64,000 nucleotides of DNA from the human T2T-CHM13v2.0 reference genome, Homo sapiens, in the NCBI RefSeq assembly GCF_009914755.1, contig NC_060944.1. The stretch is one strand, 5' to 3'. A model generated the notes under the pieces. That model worked only from the letters and a program-made list of their open reading frames with translations, was not told the origin of the DNA and ran no database searches. Both the position numbers and the translations under genes were made by a program. This document shows, in pieces, positions 27,271 to 38,017 of this stretch (within the stretch, counting starts at the first letter, position 1; the number at the start of each line of letters is the position of its first letter).

Positions 27271-30049
27271 GATACTCTGGTTTTATCATTGAGTGAAGTT
27301 GATTAGCATGATTGTAATTCACATCTATCTACATGGGCTGAGGGTGGGCAGATCTTTACCCACCAGAAGTACCAATTTCACTGCTGAGGAATGGAGCCAA
27401 AGTTTGCAGCTGGAATAATCCTTTTTACTGTGTAATCTATTCATTCATTAACTCAAATAGTTTGTGGACATCACTCTGTGCCAGGATGTGAACTGAGCAC
27501 TGGGGAGGAGCATTCTGACTGCATGGGGATAGATATTCTAACCTTACATCCAGTAGAAGAAGACATCAATCAATAAACAAATGGGTTTATTTCAGAGTCT
27601 GGTAAGTGCTCCAGGGATTTCAGGCAGTAGGGTGATGTGATGGATAGTTACACAGAGCAGGGGAGACATCAGCAAAGGCCTCACTGAGAAGGGCCCATTG
27701 GAGCTGAGACTTGATGGAACCTGCTATGTGATGGTGCAGACAAAGAACTTTTCGGTCAGAAAAATCTGCAAAGGCAGAAAGCCTCAGTCAGGAGAAGGAT
27801 TGGCGGGGTCAAGGAGGGGCAAGTAGATTATTGTTTCCTAGGCATGAAGAGAAGGCCGTGGGTGATGAGAGAGGGGCAGGGAGGTTGGCCTAGGGCACAT
27901 CCTGCAGGCTCTTGTAGACCATGCTAAGGGTTGAGATTTTATTGCAAGTGCAACAGAAAGACACTGCAGGAGTTAAAAGAGAGGGCTGTCATGACCTAAT
28001 CCCTTTTACAAAGAATCTTCTAGCAGTTCACTGAAGAGCAGACTGTGGGAAGTAGAAGCAGGAAGCTCATTGTCCAACCTAGGGGACAAAACGGTGGCCC
28101 AGGCTAGAGCAGTGGCCATGGAGTGGGAGAAAAATGGTCTCTTGAGTCAGTAGTTCAGTCAAAGAATGGACCGGATTTGCTCGTGAATCAGCTGTTCCAG
28201 GAATGGGGACATCTCATGTGGCCAGAGTCAAGCTGGGGAAATGGATGAAACTGGAAATTGAGGTTGGAAAAGGAAATTTTTGCCACTATGAAGTTTGATC
28301 TTCGACCCCCAATCAACAAGGAAGTTCTATAGAGAACAGTTCTTTTGTCCTGTGCTTTGGCATAACTGTGATAGTTTTCTTTCATTAAATAAGTATTCAT
28401 AAGAGTAAACTTGCCACTCATCCACTTATCCTAAGACTTACACAAGATGCAATCTTATTAAACAAGTCATCAATACAGAGAGAGACACTGATACTCATTA
28501 TTCACTCAGATCACCCCTGTTCTGGCTGCCTTTCCTCTCTTGCCCCAACTGCTGGTGGCAAACAAAATCACTTAAGTCAAGTGAACAGTTTTAGATGTAT
28601 AATATTGAAAGGTGTTTTTTTAAAAAAAACTCCTTGGAACCCTCAGCCATTGTTAAAATACACTCACTTTGACAGATGTTTGGCACTTTTTGTATGAGGC
28701 TTTTCAATGCCTTACCTTATCCAGTGCATGAGATTTAGTCGGCTCTGCAGAGGAAAACAGACAAAAAGGGTCTCTCAGCACGAGTTACTCTTCTGTAAAG
28801 GTTATAGTAAACATGTCAATGCCTAATTAAGCAGAAAATTTTATCTGTATTGTGGGGGAGGCGTTTGCTGTCTCTGACTTTTCTTCTGGGGAATCCATTT
28901 AGAAGGACAAAGTAGATTGTGAGGTTGAGCTGGTCCGGAAAGCTCTGCTTCCAAATGTCAGTGGGAAAAAAAAAAAAAAAAGAACACTTCTTTTCTCCTA
29001 GTTTGAAAATGACTATACTGGGTGGGCAGATTGTGTGTGTGTGTGTGTGTGTGTGTGTATGCACAGGTGCACGCATTAGAGTGCATGTATGTATATTTCA
29101 TCAATGTACACACAAAATAACATGAATTACTTCCCAACTTCTTGCTAGATGTCAGGCACGGTGCTAGGCACTGAAAATACTGAGATGAATGAAACCCAGA
29201 AATGCCCTTAGCCAATTGTGATGACAGAAAGTCCTCATGGCCACCAAATCCCCAGATTTCTTTACTTGCTTCTTTGTTGCTGTGATTACGTTACCCACAG
29301 GTGTTGTCACATGTCTTAGTTGGCCTGGAACATCCTGCTGACTACCTGTTGACCCAGCGTATGTTCCAGAGTAATAGCACCCCTTCATTCTCCAAGTGAC
29401 CCTATTTGATTGATGAAATTTGTCTGATTCTCTGATGTATGTTACTTGGCTCAGTAACAACTTATTTTATCATTTGTTATTTAGTTTATTAATTTTATAA
29501 CAGAGACTTTCTCTTTGAATGGTATATCTATTTTTTGCAAACATACAAGTTAATCCAGGAAAAAGGAAATGGGATGATACCGACAGGAATAATCTAATTC
29601 GGCCATATGGTCATTTTAAACTACAGTTTTCCTGCAAGTTGTGACCGCTTATTAATGGTTTTTTGACTAGATTGAGTAGTTGTTGTTTTTTTCAAACCAA
29701 TCTTTGAAGCTAGAGACCAGTAACGCCAATTTAATAAAAAATCCACCTGTCAATTTGCTAGGAAGGTAAAACACACCACACCAATAGCAGTAAAATAACT
29801 AACACAACCATAAAACTCATGGCTAGACTGAATTTATACATTTCATCTTGTTTTACGGTATTCTGTCACTAAAATCATGGGCTCTTGTCTCCAGTTTTCC
29901 CACAGTTTTCCCCTGTGATGTGGTTATCTATTTAGTGACATTTCAATGAAATTCCACTGCTTAACCTTTAGCCTTTGGGTCTCATCAAAGGGTTCTTCTT
30001 CATTAGGTTGGCAATACAAAGATAGCAGCATCTCCTGTATTCGGGCATT

Positions 30050-30265
30050 CTCCCATCAGGCAGACTTGGGTGTCTGTCCTCACTCTGCAACGCTAGCTGT
30101 GTGGCCTTGGGTGAATTTCCTTACCTTAAAGCCTCAGTTTCCCCCTCTGTGAAATGAAAGTAATAGTGGCTACTTCATGCAGATATTAGACAAAATGAAA
30201 GAATGCATTTGCAGTGTTTAGCTTACTTCCTAGGAGACAGCAATTGCTCAATAAATATTCTTTAT
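30050..30265 (+). mobile_element. MIR (representative; many other MIR pieces, e.g. ~2590, 4400, 11690, 19800, 42330, 45900, 46990, 48500, 49380, 60530, 61200-61900)
   Basis: agctgtgtggccttgggtgaatttccttaccttaaagcctcagtttccccctctgtgaaatg MIR core. Confidence 0.75.
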
Positions 30266-31599
30266 CTTCAGCAGCAGCAGCAGCGGCAGCCTTTGGAGTT
30301 GCTGATTGTAGCTGCTTTATCCTAGCAAATCCCCTTCTCTTCTAATTCTCCGTGCCTGCCTCACAGGATGGACCTCCAGCGCATGACCACTCCTTTTCCA
30401 AGCTTTGTCCTTAGTGACTGGAAATAACAGAGCCTGCTCTAAGGTTTTCCCCACGTCGCTACCTGCCACAGAGAGAGGAGACAGAAGTTCATAAAGAAAA
30501 TATTGCATTAAGATTGTGCAGGCCTTGCAAACCTAAAACTGGATCTCCTTTTCTTTGGGACTTCTTTGGTTGCATGTTATCTGCATGGTTCTGAAAAGGC
30601 CAGGTGAAGAAAATGAGCCCATAGGCATAATGTCACATTCCCCATCTCCATTGATGGATATTTGCCCATTAATTCCCTTTGCACTGGCTCACTCATGTCT
30701 TCATTTTCCCTATGTAATTACTGGTCCTAAATCCTTTCAGAGAAGGGAAAGCATGCATCCCCAATAGCATTTTGCATCTACAAATCAAATATATAATTGG
30801 CATCTCATGACGGGTACCCACAAATCACAGTGCATTTGAAATTACAGGCACAAGATCGAGAGGGCATTTTCAACCTTGTCTGGAAAGGTCTTCACAAACC
30901 TGTTTTAGAATAATAAGATAGTCGCCAAATCTCCCATTCTAGCACCATTTGCGATTATTTTCAAGTCATTATATTTGCTGAGCTTATATAATTTTTCAAC
31001 TATCAACAGAAGATTTTATTTGCATACCCCATCATCTCTCTTCCTGCTGTGTGATTCCCTACAAATAAAAATGTTATAGCAAAAAGACAGGGGCTATCAA
31101 AAAATATAATGGCTGTGTATCCAAATTACTTCTGAGCACTCAAAAATGATTTATTTATATGGTTATATGCCAATATATCCAAGTGTCTTGGTAAACTTTA
31201 CCATCTAGATGCCAAGAGTCAAGTCTTAGTCTCCCTATGAGCCAACATTCTTCCCTGTAGACACGTGACTTTAATGGGATATGAATTTCAATCCAGATTT
31301 CCTAAAAGTCATACACATGAATTTAGCAACTATCCCATCACAGGAATATTAGAAAGATATTCCTTAAACCTGAAAATTATTAACTTGGGATCCTAGGCAT
31401 TTATAAAGAATTATGACTCCTGCCAATTGAAAAAAAAAAAAAAAAAAACACTAGATGGCACGAAAGACACCATTTGGCTTTTCCTGTGTCCACTGCTCAC
31501 AGTGCATAAAAATGTAGATTAAATCACCGTTCAGTTCGGCATGGGAAGCACTTAGTCTATGTGAGGAAATTGGAATGGAATATGGAGCCTGTTACTGTC

Positions 31600-31626
31600 G
31601 TTTCATCTCTTCTTCTTCTCTTGCAG
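31600..31626 (+). other. TSHZ2: 3' splice acceptor (polypyrimidine tract + AG) of the large exon
   Basis: gtttcatctcttcttcttctcttgcAG at the point where recognisable TSHZ2 sequence begins. Confidence 0.95.
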
Positions 31627-34600
31627 GCTACGCCCAGGAGGAACAGCTGAAAGAAGAGGAGGAAATAAAAGAAGAGGAGGAGGAGGAGGACAGCGGTTCA
31701 GTAGCTCAACTGCAGGGTGGCAATGACACAGGGACGGACGAGGAGCTAGAAACGGGCCCAGAGCAAAAAGGCTGCTTCAGCTACCAGAACTCTCCAGGAA
31801 GTCATTTGTCCAATCAGGATGCCGAGAACGAGTCTCTGCTGAGTGACGCCAGTGATCAGGTGTCGGACATCAAGAGTGTCTGCGGCAGAGATGCCTCAGA
31901 CAAGAAAGCACACACTCACGTCAGGCTTCCAAACGAAGCACACAATTGCATGGATAAAATGACCGCTGTCTACGCCAACATCCTGTCGGATTCCTACTGG
32001 TCAGGCCTGGGCCTTGGCTTCAAGCTGTCCAATAGTGAGAGGAGGAACTGTGACACCCGAAACGGCAGCAACAAGAGTGATTTTGATTGGCACCAAGACG
32101 CTCTGTCCAAAAGCCTGCAGCAGAACTTGCCTTCTCGGTCCGTCTCGAAACCCAGCCTGTTCAGCTCGGTGCAGTTGTACCGACAGAGCAGCAAGATGTG
32201 CGGGACTGTGTTCACAGGGGCCAGCAGATTCCGATGCCGACAGTGCAGCGCGGCCTATGACACCCTAGTCGAGCTGACTGTGCACATGAATGAAACGGGC
32301 CACTATCAAGATGACAACCGCAAAAAGGACAAGCTCAGACCCACGAGCTATTCAAAGCCCAGGAAAAGGGCTTTCCAGGATATGGACAAAGAGGATGCTC
32401 AAAAGGTTCTGAAATGTATGTTTTGTGGCGACTCCTTCGATTCCCTCCAAGATTTGAGCGTCCACATGATTAAAACAAAACATTACCAAAAAGTGCCTTT
32501 GAAGGAGCCAGTCCCAACCATTTCCTCGAAAATGGTCACCCCGGCTAAGAAACGCGTTTTTGATGTCAATCGGCCGTGTTCCCCCGATTCAACCACAGGA
32601 TCTTTTGCAGATTCTTTTTCTTCTCAGAAGAACGCCAACTTGCAGTTGTCCTCCAACAACCGCTATGGCTACCAAAATGGAGCCAGCTACACCTGGCAGT
32701 TTGAGGCCTGCAAGTCCCAGATCTTAAAGTGCATGGAGTGTGGGAGCTCCCATGACACCTTGCAGCAGCTCACCACCCACATGATGGTCACAGGTCACTT
32801 TCTCAAGGTCACCAGCTCTGCCTCCAAGAAAGGGAAGCAGCTGGTATTAGACCCGTTAGCAGTGGAGAAAATGCAGTCGTTGTCTGAGGCCCCAAACAGT
32901 GATTCTCTGGCTCCCAAGCCATCCAGTAACTCAGCATCAGATTGTACAGCCTCTACAACTGAGTTAAAGAAAGAGAGTAAAAAAGAAAGGCCAGAGGAAA
33001 CCAGCAAGGATGAGAAAGTCGTGAAAAGCGAGGACTATGAAGATCCTCTACAAAAACCTTTAGACCCTACAATCAAATATCAATACCTAAGGGAGGAAGA
33101 CTTGGAAGATGGCTCAAAGGGTGGAGGGGACATTTTGAAATCTTTGGAAAATACTGTCACCACAGCCATCAACAAAGCCCAAAACGGGGCCCCCAGCTGG
33201 AGTGCCTACCCCAGCATCCACGCAGCCTACCAGCTGTCTGAGGGCACCAAGCCGCCTTTGCCTATGGGATCCCAGGTACTGCAGATCCGGCCTAATCTCA
33301 CCAACAAGCTGAGGCCCATTGCACCAAAGTGGAAAGTGATGCCACTGGTTTCTATGCCCACACACCTGGCCCCTTACACTCAAGTCAAGAAAGAGTCAGA
33401 AGACAAAGATGAAGCGGTGAAGGAGTGTGGGAAAGAAAGTCCCCACGAAGAGGCCTCATCTTTCAGCCACAGTGAGGGCGATTCTTTCCGCAAAAGTGAA
33501 ACACCTCCAGAAGCCAAAAAGACCGAGCTGGGTCCCCTGAAGGAGGAGGAGAAGCTGATGAAAGAGGGCAGCGAGAAGGAGAAACCCCAGCCCCTGGAGC
33601 CCACATCTGCTCTGAGCAATGGGTGCGCCCTCGCCAACCACGCCCCGGCCCTGCCATGCATCAACCCACTCAGCGCCCTGCAGTCCGTCCTGAACAATCA
33701 CTTGGGCAAAGCCACGGAGCCCTTGCGCTCACCTTCCTGCTCCAGCCCAAGTTCAAGCACAATTTCCATGTTCCACAAGTCGAATCTCAATGTCATGGAC
33801 AAGCCGGTCTTGAGTCCTGCCTCCACAAGGTCAGCCAGCGTGTCCAGGCGCTACCTGTTTGAGAACAGCGATCAGCCCATTGACCTGACCAAGTCCAAAA
33901 GCAAGAAAGCCGAGTCCTCGCAAGCACAATCTTGTATGTCCCCACCTCAGAAGCACGCTCTGTCTGACATCGCCGACATGGTCAAAGTCCTCCCCAAAGC
34001 CACCACCCCAAAGCCAGCCTCCTCCTCCAGGGTCCCCCCCATGAAGCTGGAAATGGATGTCAGGCGCTTTGAGGATGTCTCCAGTGAAGTCTCAACTTTG
34101 CATAAAAGAAAAGGCCGGCAGTCCAACTGGAATCCTCAGCATCTTCTGATTCTACAAGCCCAGTTTGCCTCGAGCCTCTTCCAGACATCAGAGGGCAAAT
34201 ACCTGCTGTCTGATCTGGGCCCACAAGAGCGTATGCAAATCTCTAAGTTTACGGGACTCTCAATGACCACTATCAGTCACTGGCTGGCCAACGTCAAGTA
34301 CCAGCTTAGGAAAACGGGCGGGACAAAATTTCTGAAAAACATGGACAAAGGCCACCCCATCTTTTATTGCAGTGACTGTGCCTCCCAGTTCAGAACCCCT
34401 TCTACCTACATCAGTCACTTAGAATCTCACCTGGGTTTCCAAATGAAGGACATGACCCGCTTGTCAGTGGACCAGCAAAGCAAGGTGGAGCAAGAGATCT
34501 CCCGGGTATCGTCGGCTCAGAGGTCTCCAGAAACAATAGCTGCCGAAGAGGACACAGACTCTAAATTCAAGTGTAAGTTGTGCTGTCGGACATTTGTGAG

Positions 34601-34691
34601 CAAACATGCGGTAAAACTCCACCTAAGCAAAACGCACAGCAAGTCACCCGAACACCATTCACAGTTTGTAACAGACGTGGATGAAGAATAG
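31627..34691 (+). CDS. TSHZ2: Teashirt homolog 2, main coding exon (5'-partial, phase-1 entry; N-terminal residues come from an exon outside the window)
   Basis: Long ORF entered at acceptor ttcttctcttgcag|GC TAC GCC (GYAQEEQLKEEEE...), ending VTDVDEE-TAG. Teashirt architecture: acidic N-terminus, 3 C2H2 fingers, PIDLT, homeodomain, 2 C2H2 fingers. 1021 codons from the split Gly to the last sense codon. Confidence 0.98.
32229..32798 (+). other. TSHZ2: Three teashirt-type C2H2 zinc fingers (32229-32303, 32409-32483, 32724-32798)
   Basis: FRCRQC..HMNETGH, LKCMFC..HMIKTKH, LKCMEC..HMMVTGH (Cx2Cx12HMx4H). Confidence 0.95.
33876..33890 (+). other. TSHZ2: PIDLT CtBP-binding (PxDLS-like) motif
   Basis: Translation DQPIDLTKSK. 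Confidence 0.85.
34107..34316 (+). other. TSHZ2: Atypical homeodomain
   Basis: RKGRQSNWNPQHLLILQAQF...ISHWLANVKYQLRKT. Confidence 0.9.
34362..34637 (+). other. TSHZ2: Two C-terminal C2H2 zinc fingers (34362-34430, 34566-34637)
   Basis: FYCSDC..HLESH and FKCKLC..HLSKTH. Confidence 0.95.
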
Positions 34692-34705
34692 CTCTGCAGG
34701 TATGG
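34692..34705 (+). other. TSHZ2: 8 nt of 3'UTR followed by a 5' splice donor (CAG|GTATGG, intron starts at 34700)
   Basis: TAG ctctgcag|gtatgg is a consensus donor; consistent with my recollection that TSHZ2 has a separate non-coding last exon. Confidence 0.85.
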
Positions 34706-37700
34706 GTTTGCTCTGAGGCATTGCGATTAGCCTGGTGAGGAGCTTTCTTACAGGGAGATGGGTCTGCTTAGAGGCAGCTAGCATCTCCCAATGCCAAGCA
34801 GGATAGTAGCTTGCTGGAGTAGGATTTATTTTAATGAAAGACCAGAACATGAAAACTAAGTCCTAATCATTCTCTTAAGTCCTCTAGTTTAGAGCTGGGA
34901 ACTAGAATAAAACGGGTTTAGAGAGATAAAGTTCACAGATTACTACTGCTTTTTTTAGGCCTTCATCATCCATAATCCTGAATTACCCAAGGCAAGCTCC
35001 AGTGTCCAGCCAAGGCTATCTTTCATTTTAATTATTAGATACTAACTTCTGTCACCATTCCATTTCACCACCCCACCTTTCCATAGCAATGCCAATGACT
35101 TATAAAGTGACAAAAAGTTGAGCAATGGAAGAAAGATTGGAGAGTGCTAGAAGTAGTTACTATATAGAGATTCCTTAATCAGCTCATGAATAGCTTAAAG
35201 TTGTCTTTATGATTGTTACTTGTAATGAATGCTTTTTTGCAGCTTACTTTTAGTAATTGCCACCTTCCACCTCTTCCCTTTGGTTATTTTCTACATTAAG
35301 TGTCCTATGAATGAGCATGTGCCCTTAACAGGTTGGTAGAAAAATATTCTTCTTTGCAGAACATTGAGATGAAAAGAAGCTTATTTTCTTCTTTCATCTT
35401 TTGGTTTTCTTGTGGATAGACCAGTATTAGAGCCCACCTTTAACAAAGATAGAGGCAATGTGTGCCCTTGAGGTTTCATTTCACATAAAGAAACAAATGG
35501 CTTTCTGTACACTTATGTTAATGTGCATGGAGTCCCATAGCTTGAAGATAATGTGCATCATGTGTCATAGAAGTTCCATGCCTTATATAGTCAACCATGC
35601 CCAGACCATTTGTGTCATTTTTAGGAAACAGGGCAGAGACCAAGGTCAAATGCTTTGGCAGATTAGTTTCACCAGCCATTTTCAAATGTTGAGGATAAGC
35701 AAGGCTGGGTCTTAACCAATCTCTTTCATTTGCCCATTTGTGTTTTCTCTACTTCTTTTTCTCTCCCTTCCAGCATGATGCCCGCATACACTAAGGGCCC
35801 TCCTATGTGTTCAGGTGGTCCTCCACCTTCGGCCATTCCCCAAGATGGGAACCCAACCTGAACTAAACCTTCTGTGCTGACCAATCCAGTTGACGTCATG
35901 TTAAGTTACGGATTTGCTCCTAGTTAATTAGCTCTTAATTCACGATCGAATATGAAAAACTAATAACATATAATCGCTCACCACACCCTATTGTCAGAGC
36001 ATTGGTTTACAAATAGAAGACTTTCAGAACAAGCTAGAAAGGTAGGACACTAGGAGAGTTCCAGGTAGAGAGCGGTATTTACATGGCATGGCTTTGGGCT
36101 TGCCTCACATCAGACAGAGGGGTTTACTGGGTGTGAAGATGGCCAAGATGAAATAAAAAGTTAAAATATCTGACCTGGGACTTTCCCCTGAGTGAGGCGA
36201 TCTACGCTTCTGATGGAGAGGAGTCCTCCTATAACTCTAATTGCTATCTAGACCCAAATGAAGACTATCTTTTTGGTTTGCATGTTTTTATCATGATGAT
36301 TGAATGTGTTATTGGCAGATTCTTCTCATTCTTTCCAAGCATGATTTGTTCAGCTCACGGAATTGAAAGAAAAGCCAAAATGCATCCATTGAATTCACAC
36401 CTGAGCTTGGGGTTCAACAGCGTCCTATTTATTTGCTGCATAACATTTTAAATCTTAAATAACTTGCCATTATGTTTTCCTGGTTCTTAAAAAAAAAGAG
36501 GGGGGGCATACAGAGAATACTTAGAGAGAAGAAAGATATTTCAAATCCAATAGTGGTGGGTTGAAACCATGGTGAAGAGGACAAATAGGTAATATTTATT
36601 TGTACTATAACAAAGACCACTTTTCCACCTGTTAGGTTTGTAATCTTTTTTAGAAAATTAATATAATTGCCAAAACACTCTGATATGTAGATAGGGAGAG
36701 GTAAGGAAAAGAAAGCTTGATCCATCGTCAGTCAGAATCTGGAGTGTATGATACCTGTTCTAGGGATTCAAAGGTGAACCAATAATTTGGAAAAACATAT
36801 ACAAAAGGTACTTCCAAATCCATTAAATACATAGATAAGATAGCCATTTTGGCACTTCTCTGCATTTGTACAGGATGAGTATATCTAATTTGGACCTCGA
36901 AAGCACCGTATTGGTGTTTTCATTATACAAAACCAAAGCTCCATCCTTACAAGCACCATTAGGCTGTGGTTCTGAGAGGATTGCAGAAAAACAGGTTTGA
37001 GTGTTTGGGACTCACTCAAAGCCATGGGCGTGTATGTATGTTTTGTAAACAGAAAAGATGGTGCAGGTACTGGCTGTGTTTGTGTTCATCGTAAAAATAC
37101 TCCTATCTGCCTGAATGTTTCCCCCATCTGTACAAAGGTCGATTCTTGGTGCTTTGGTCACCTTAGAAAAAAATGCCTCCACCCCCGGGGTCCTCTTTTA
37201 GAACAATATTTATGCAATACCTTGCCCATTGCTTAGAATGATGCATGTAAGGTTTCTAAATGGTCATGAAATGACATCACTGTTGTCTGGAACTCTAATC
37301 TTAGTTGTAATGCATAGTAGCACAAATTGTGCAAAGTGACATGATATTTTAGAAAGTATGATCAAGATTTCTTGGAAACTATGAGAGCTTTAACCTATCA
37401 ATGTTTTTTGAAAGACACAACTTTTGATCTGAATTTTCTTTCCTTTACCAGATATATCTTAAATCCTGCAAAATGCTCTGCCAAATATTAAATGCAACTT
37501 TTCGTTAAAAATTTCATTAGAAAATATTAAGTGTGCATCTCTATTTTAGGTCATAAGTAATCTAAAACAATTTCAATATGTATTTGTATATAGCTTTAAA
37601 AGCCACATGCTCTTGACTAATAGAAATTAAACAGAGAGCAAATCAATGAGTCTGAAATGCATAAAGGCTTGAAATTATAGTCATCACTGTGTAATATAGT

Positions 37701-37821
37701 GTACAAGCTTAACAGCACACCTAGCCTTGAAATTGTTGGCAGGAAAGTATTCTAGTCCAATGAGCTGCCACTTCTGTTGTGGGCGGCTTGATAAAAACAC
37801 ATATTCAGGGTGAAAAGCGCG

Positions 37822-38017
37822 TAAGGTTGCCAGACAAAATACAGAACGGATGTCCAGTTAAATGTGTATTTCAGATAAATGACAAATAGGTTTTGAGTAT
37901 AAGCCTGGCCCAAATATTGCATGGGCCATACTTATATTTTTAAAATATTCATTGTTTATCAGAATTCAAATTTAACTGGGCATCCTGTATTTTTATTAGC
38001 TAAATCTGGCAACCCTA
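37822..38017. mobile_element. MER53 palindromic MITE
   Basis: TIRs taaggttgccaga / tctggcaacccta; long internal inverted arms. Confidence 0.88.

Noticed and set aside
30269-30290. Short (CAG)n tract as an expansion locus
   Set aside because: Only about five pure units, interrupted, intronic
31575-31626. ORF-track start MEYGACYC... as the normal TSHZ2 N-terminus
   Set aside because: It runs through a clear polypyrimidine tract and AG; the canonical N-terminus comes from an upstream exon. Kept only as a speculative isoform.
31994-33862. Antisense and alternate-frame ORFs inside the TSHZ2 exon
   Set aside because: Short, expected in GC-richer coding DNA, no recognisable domains
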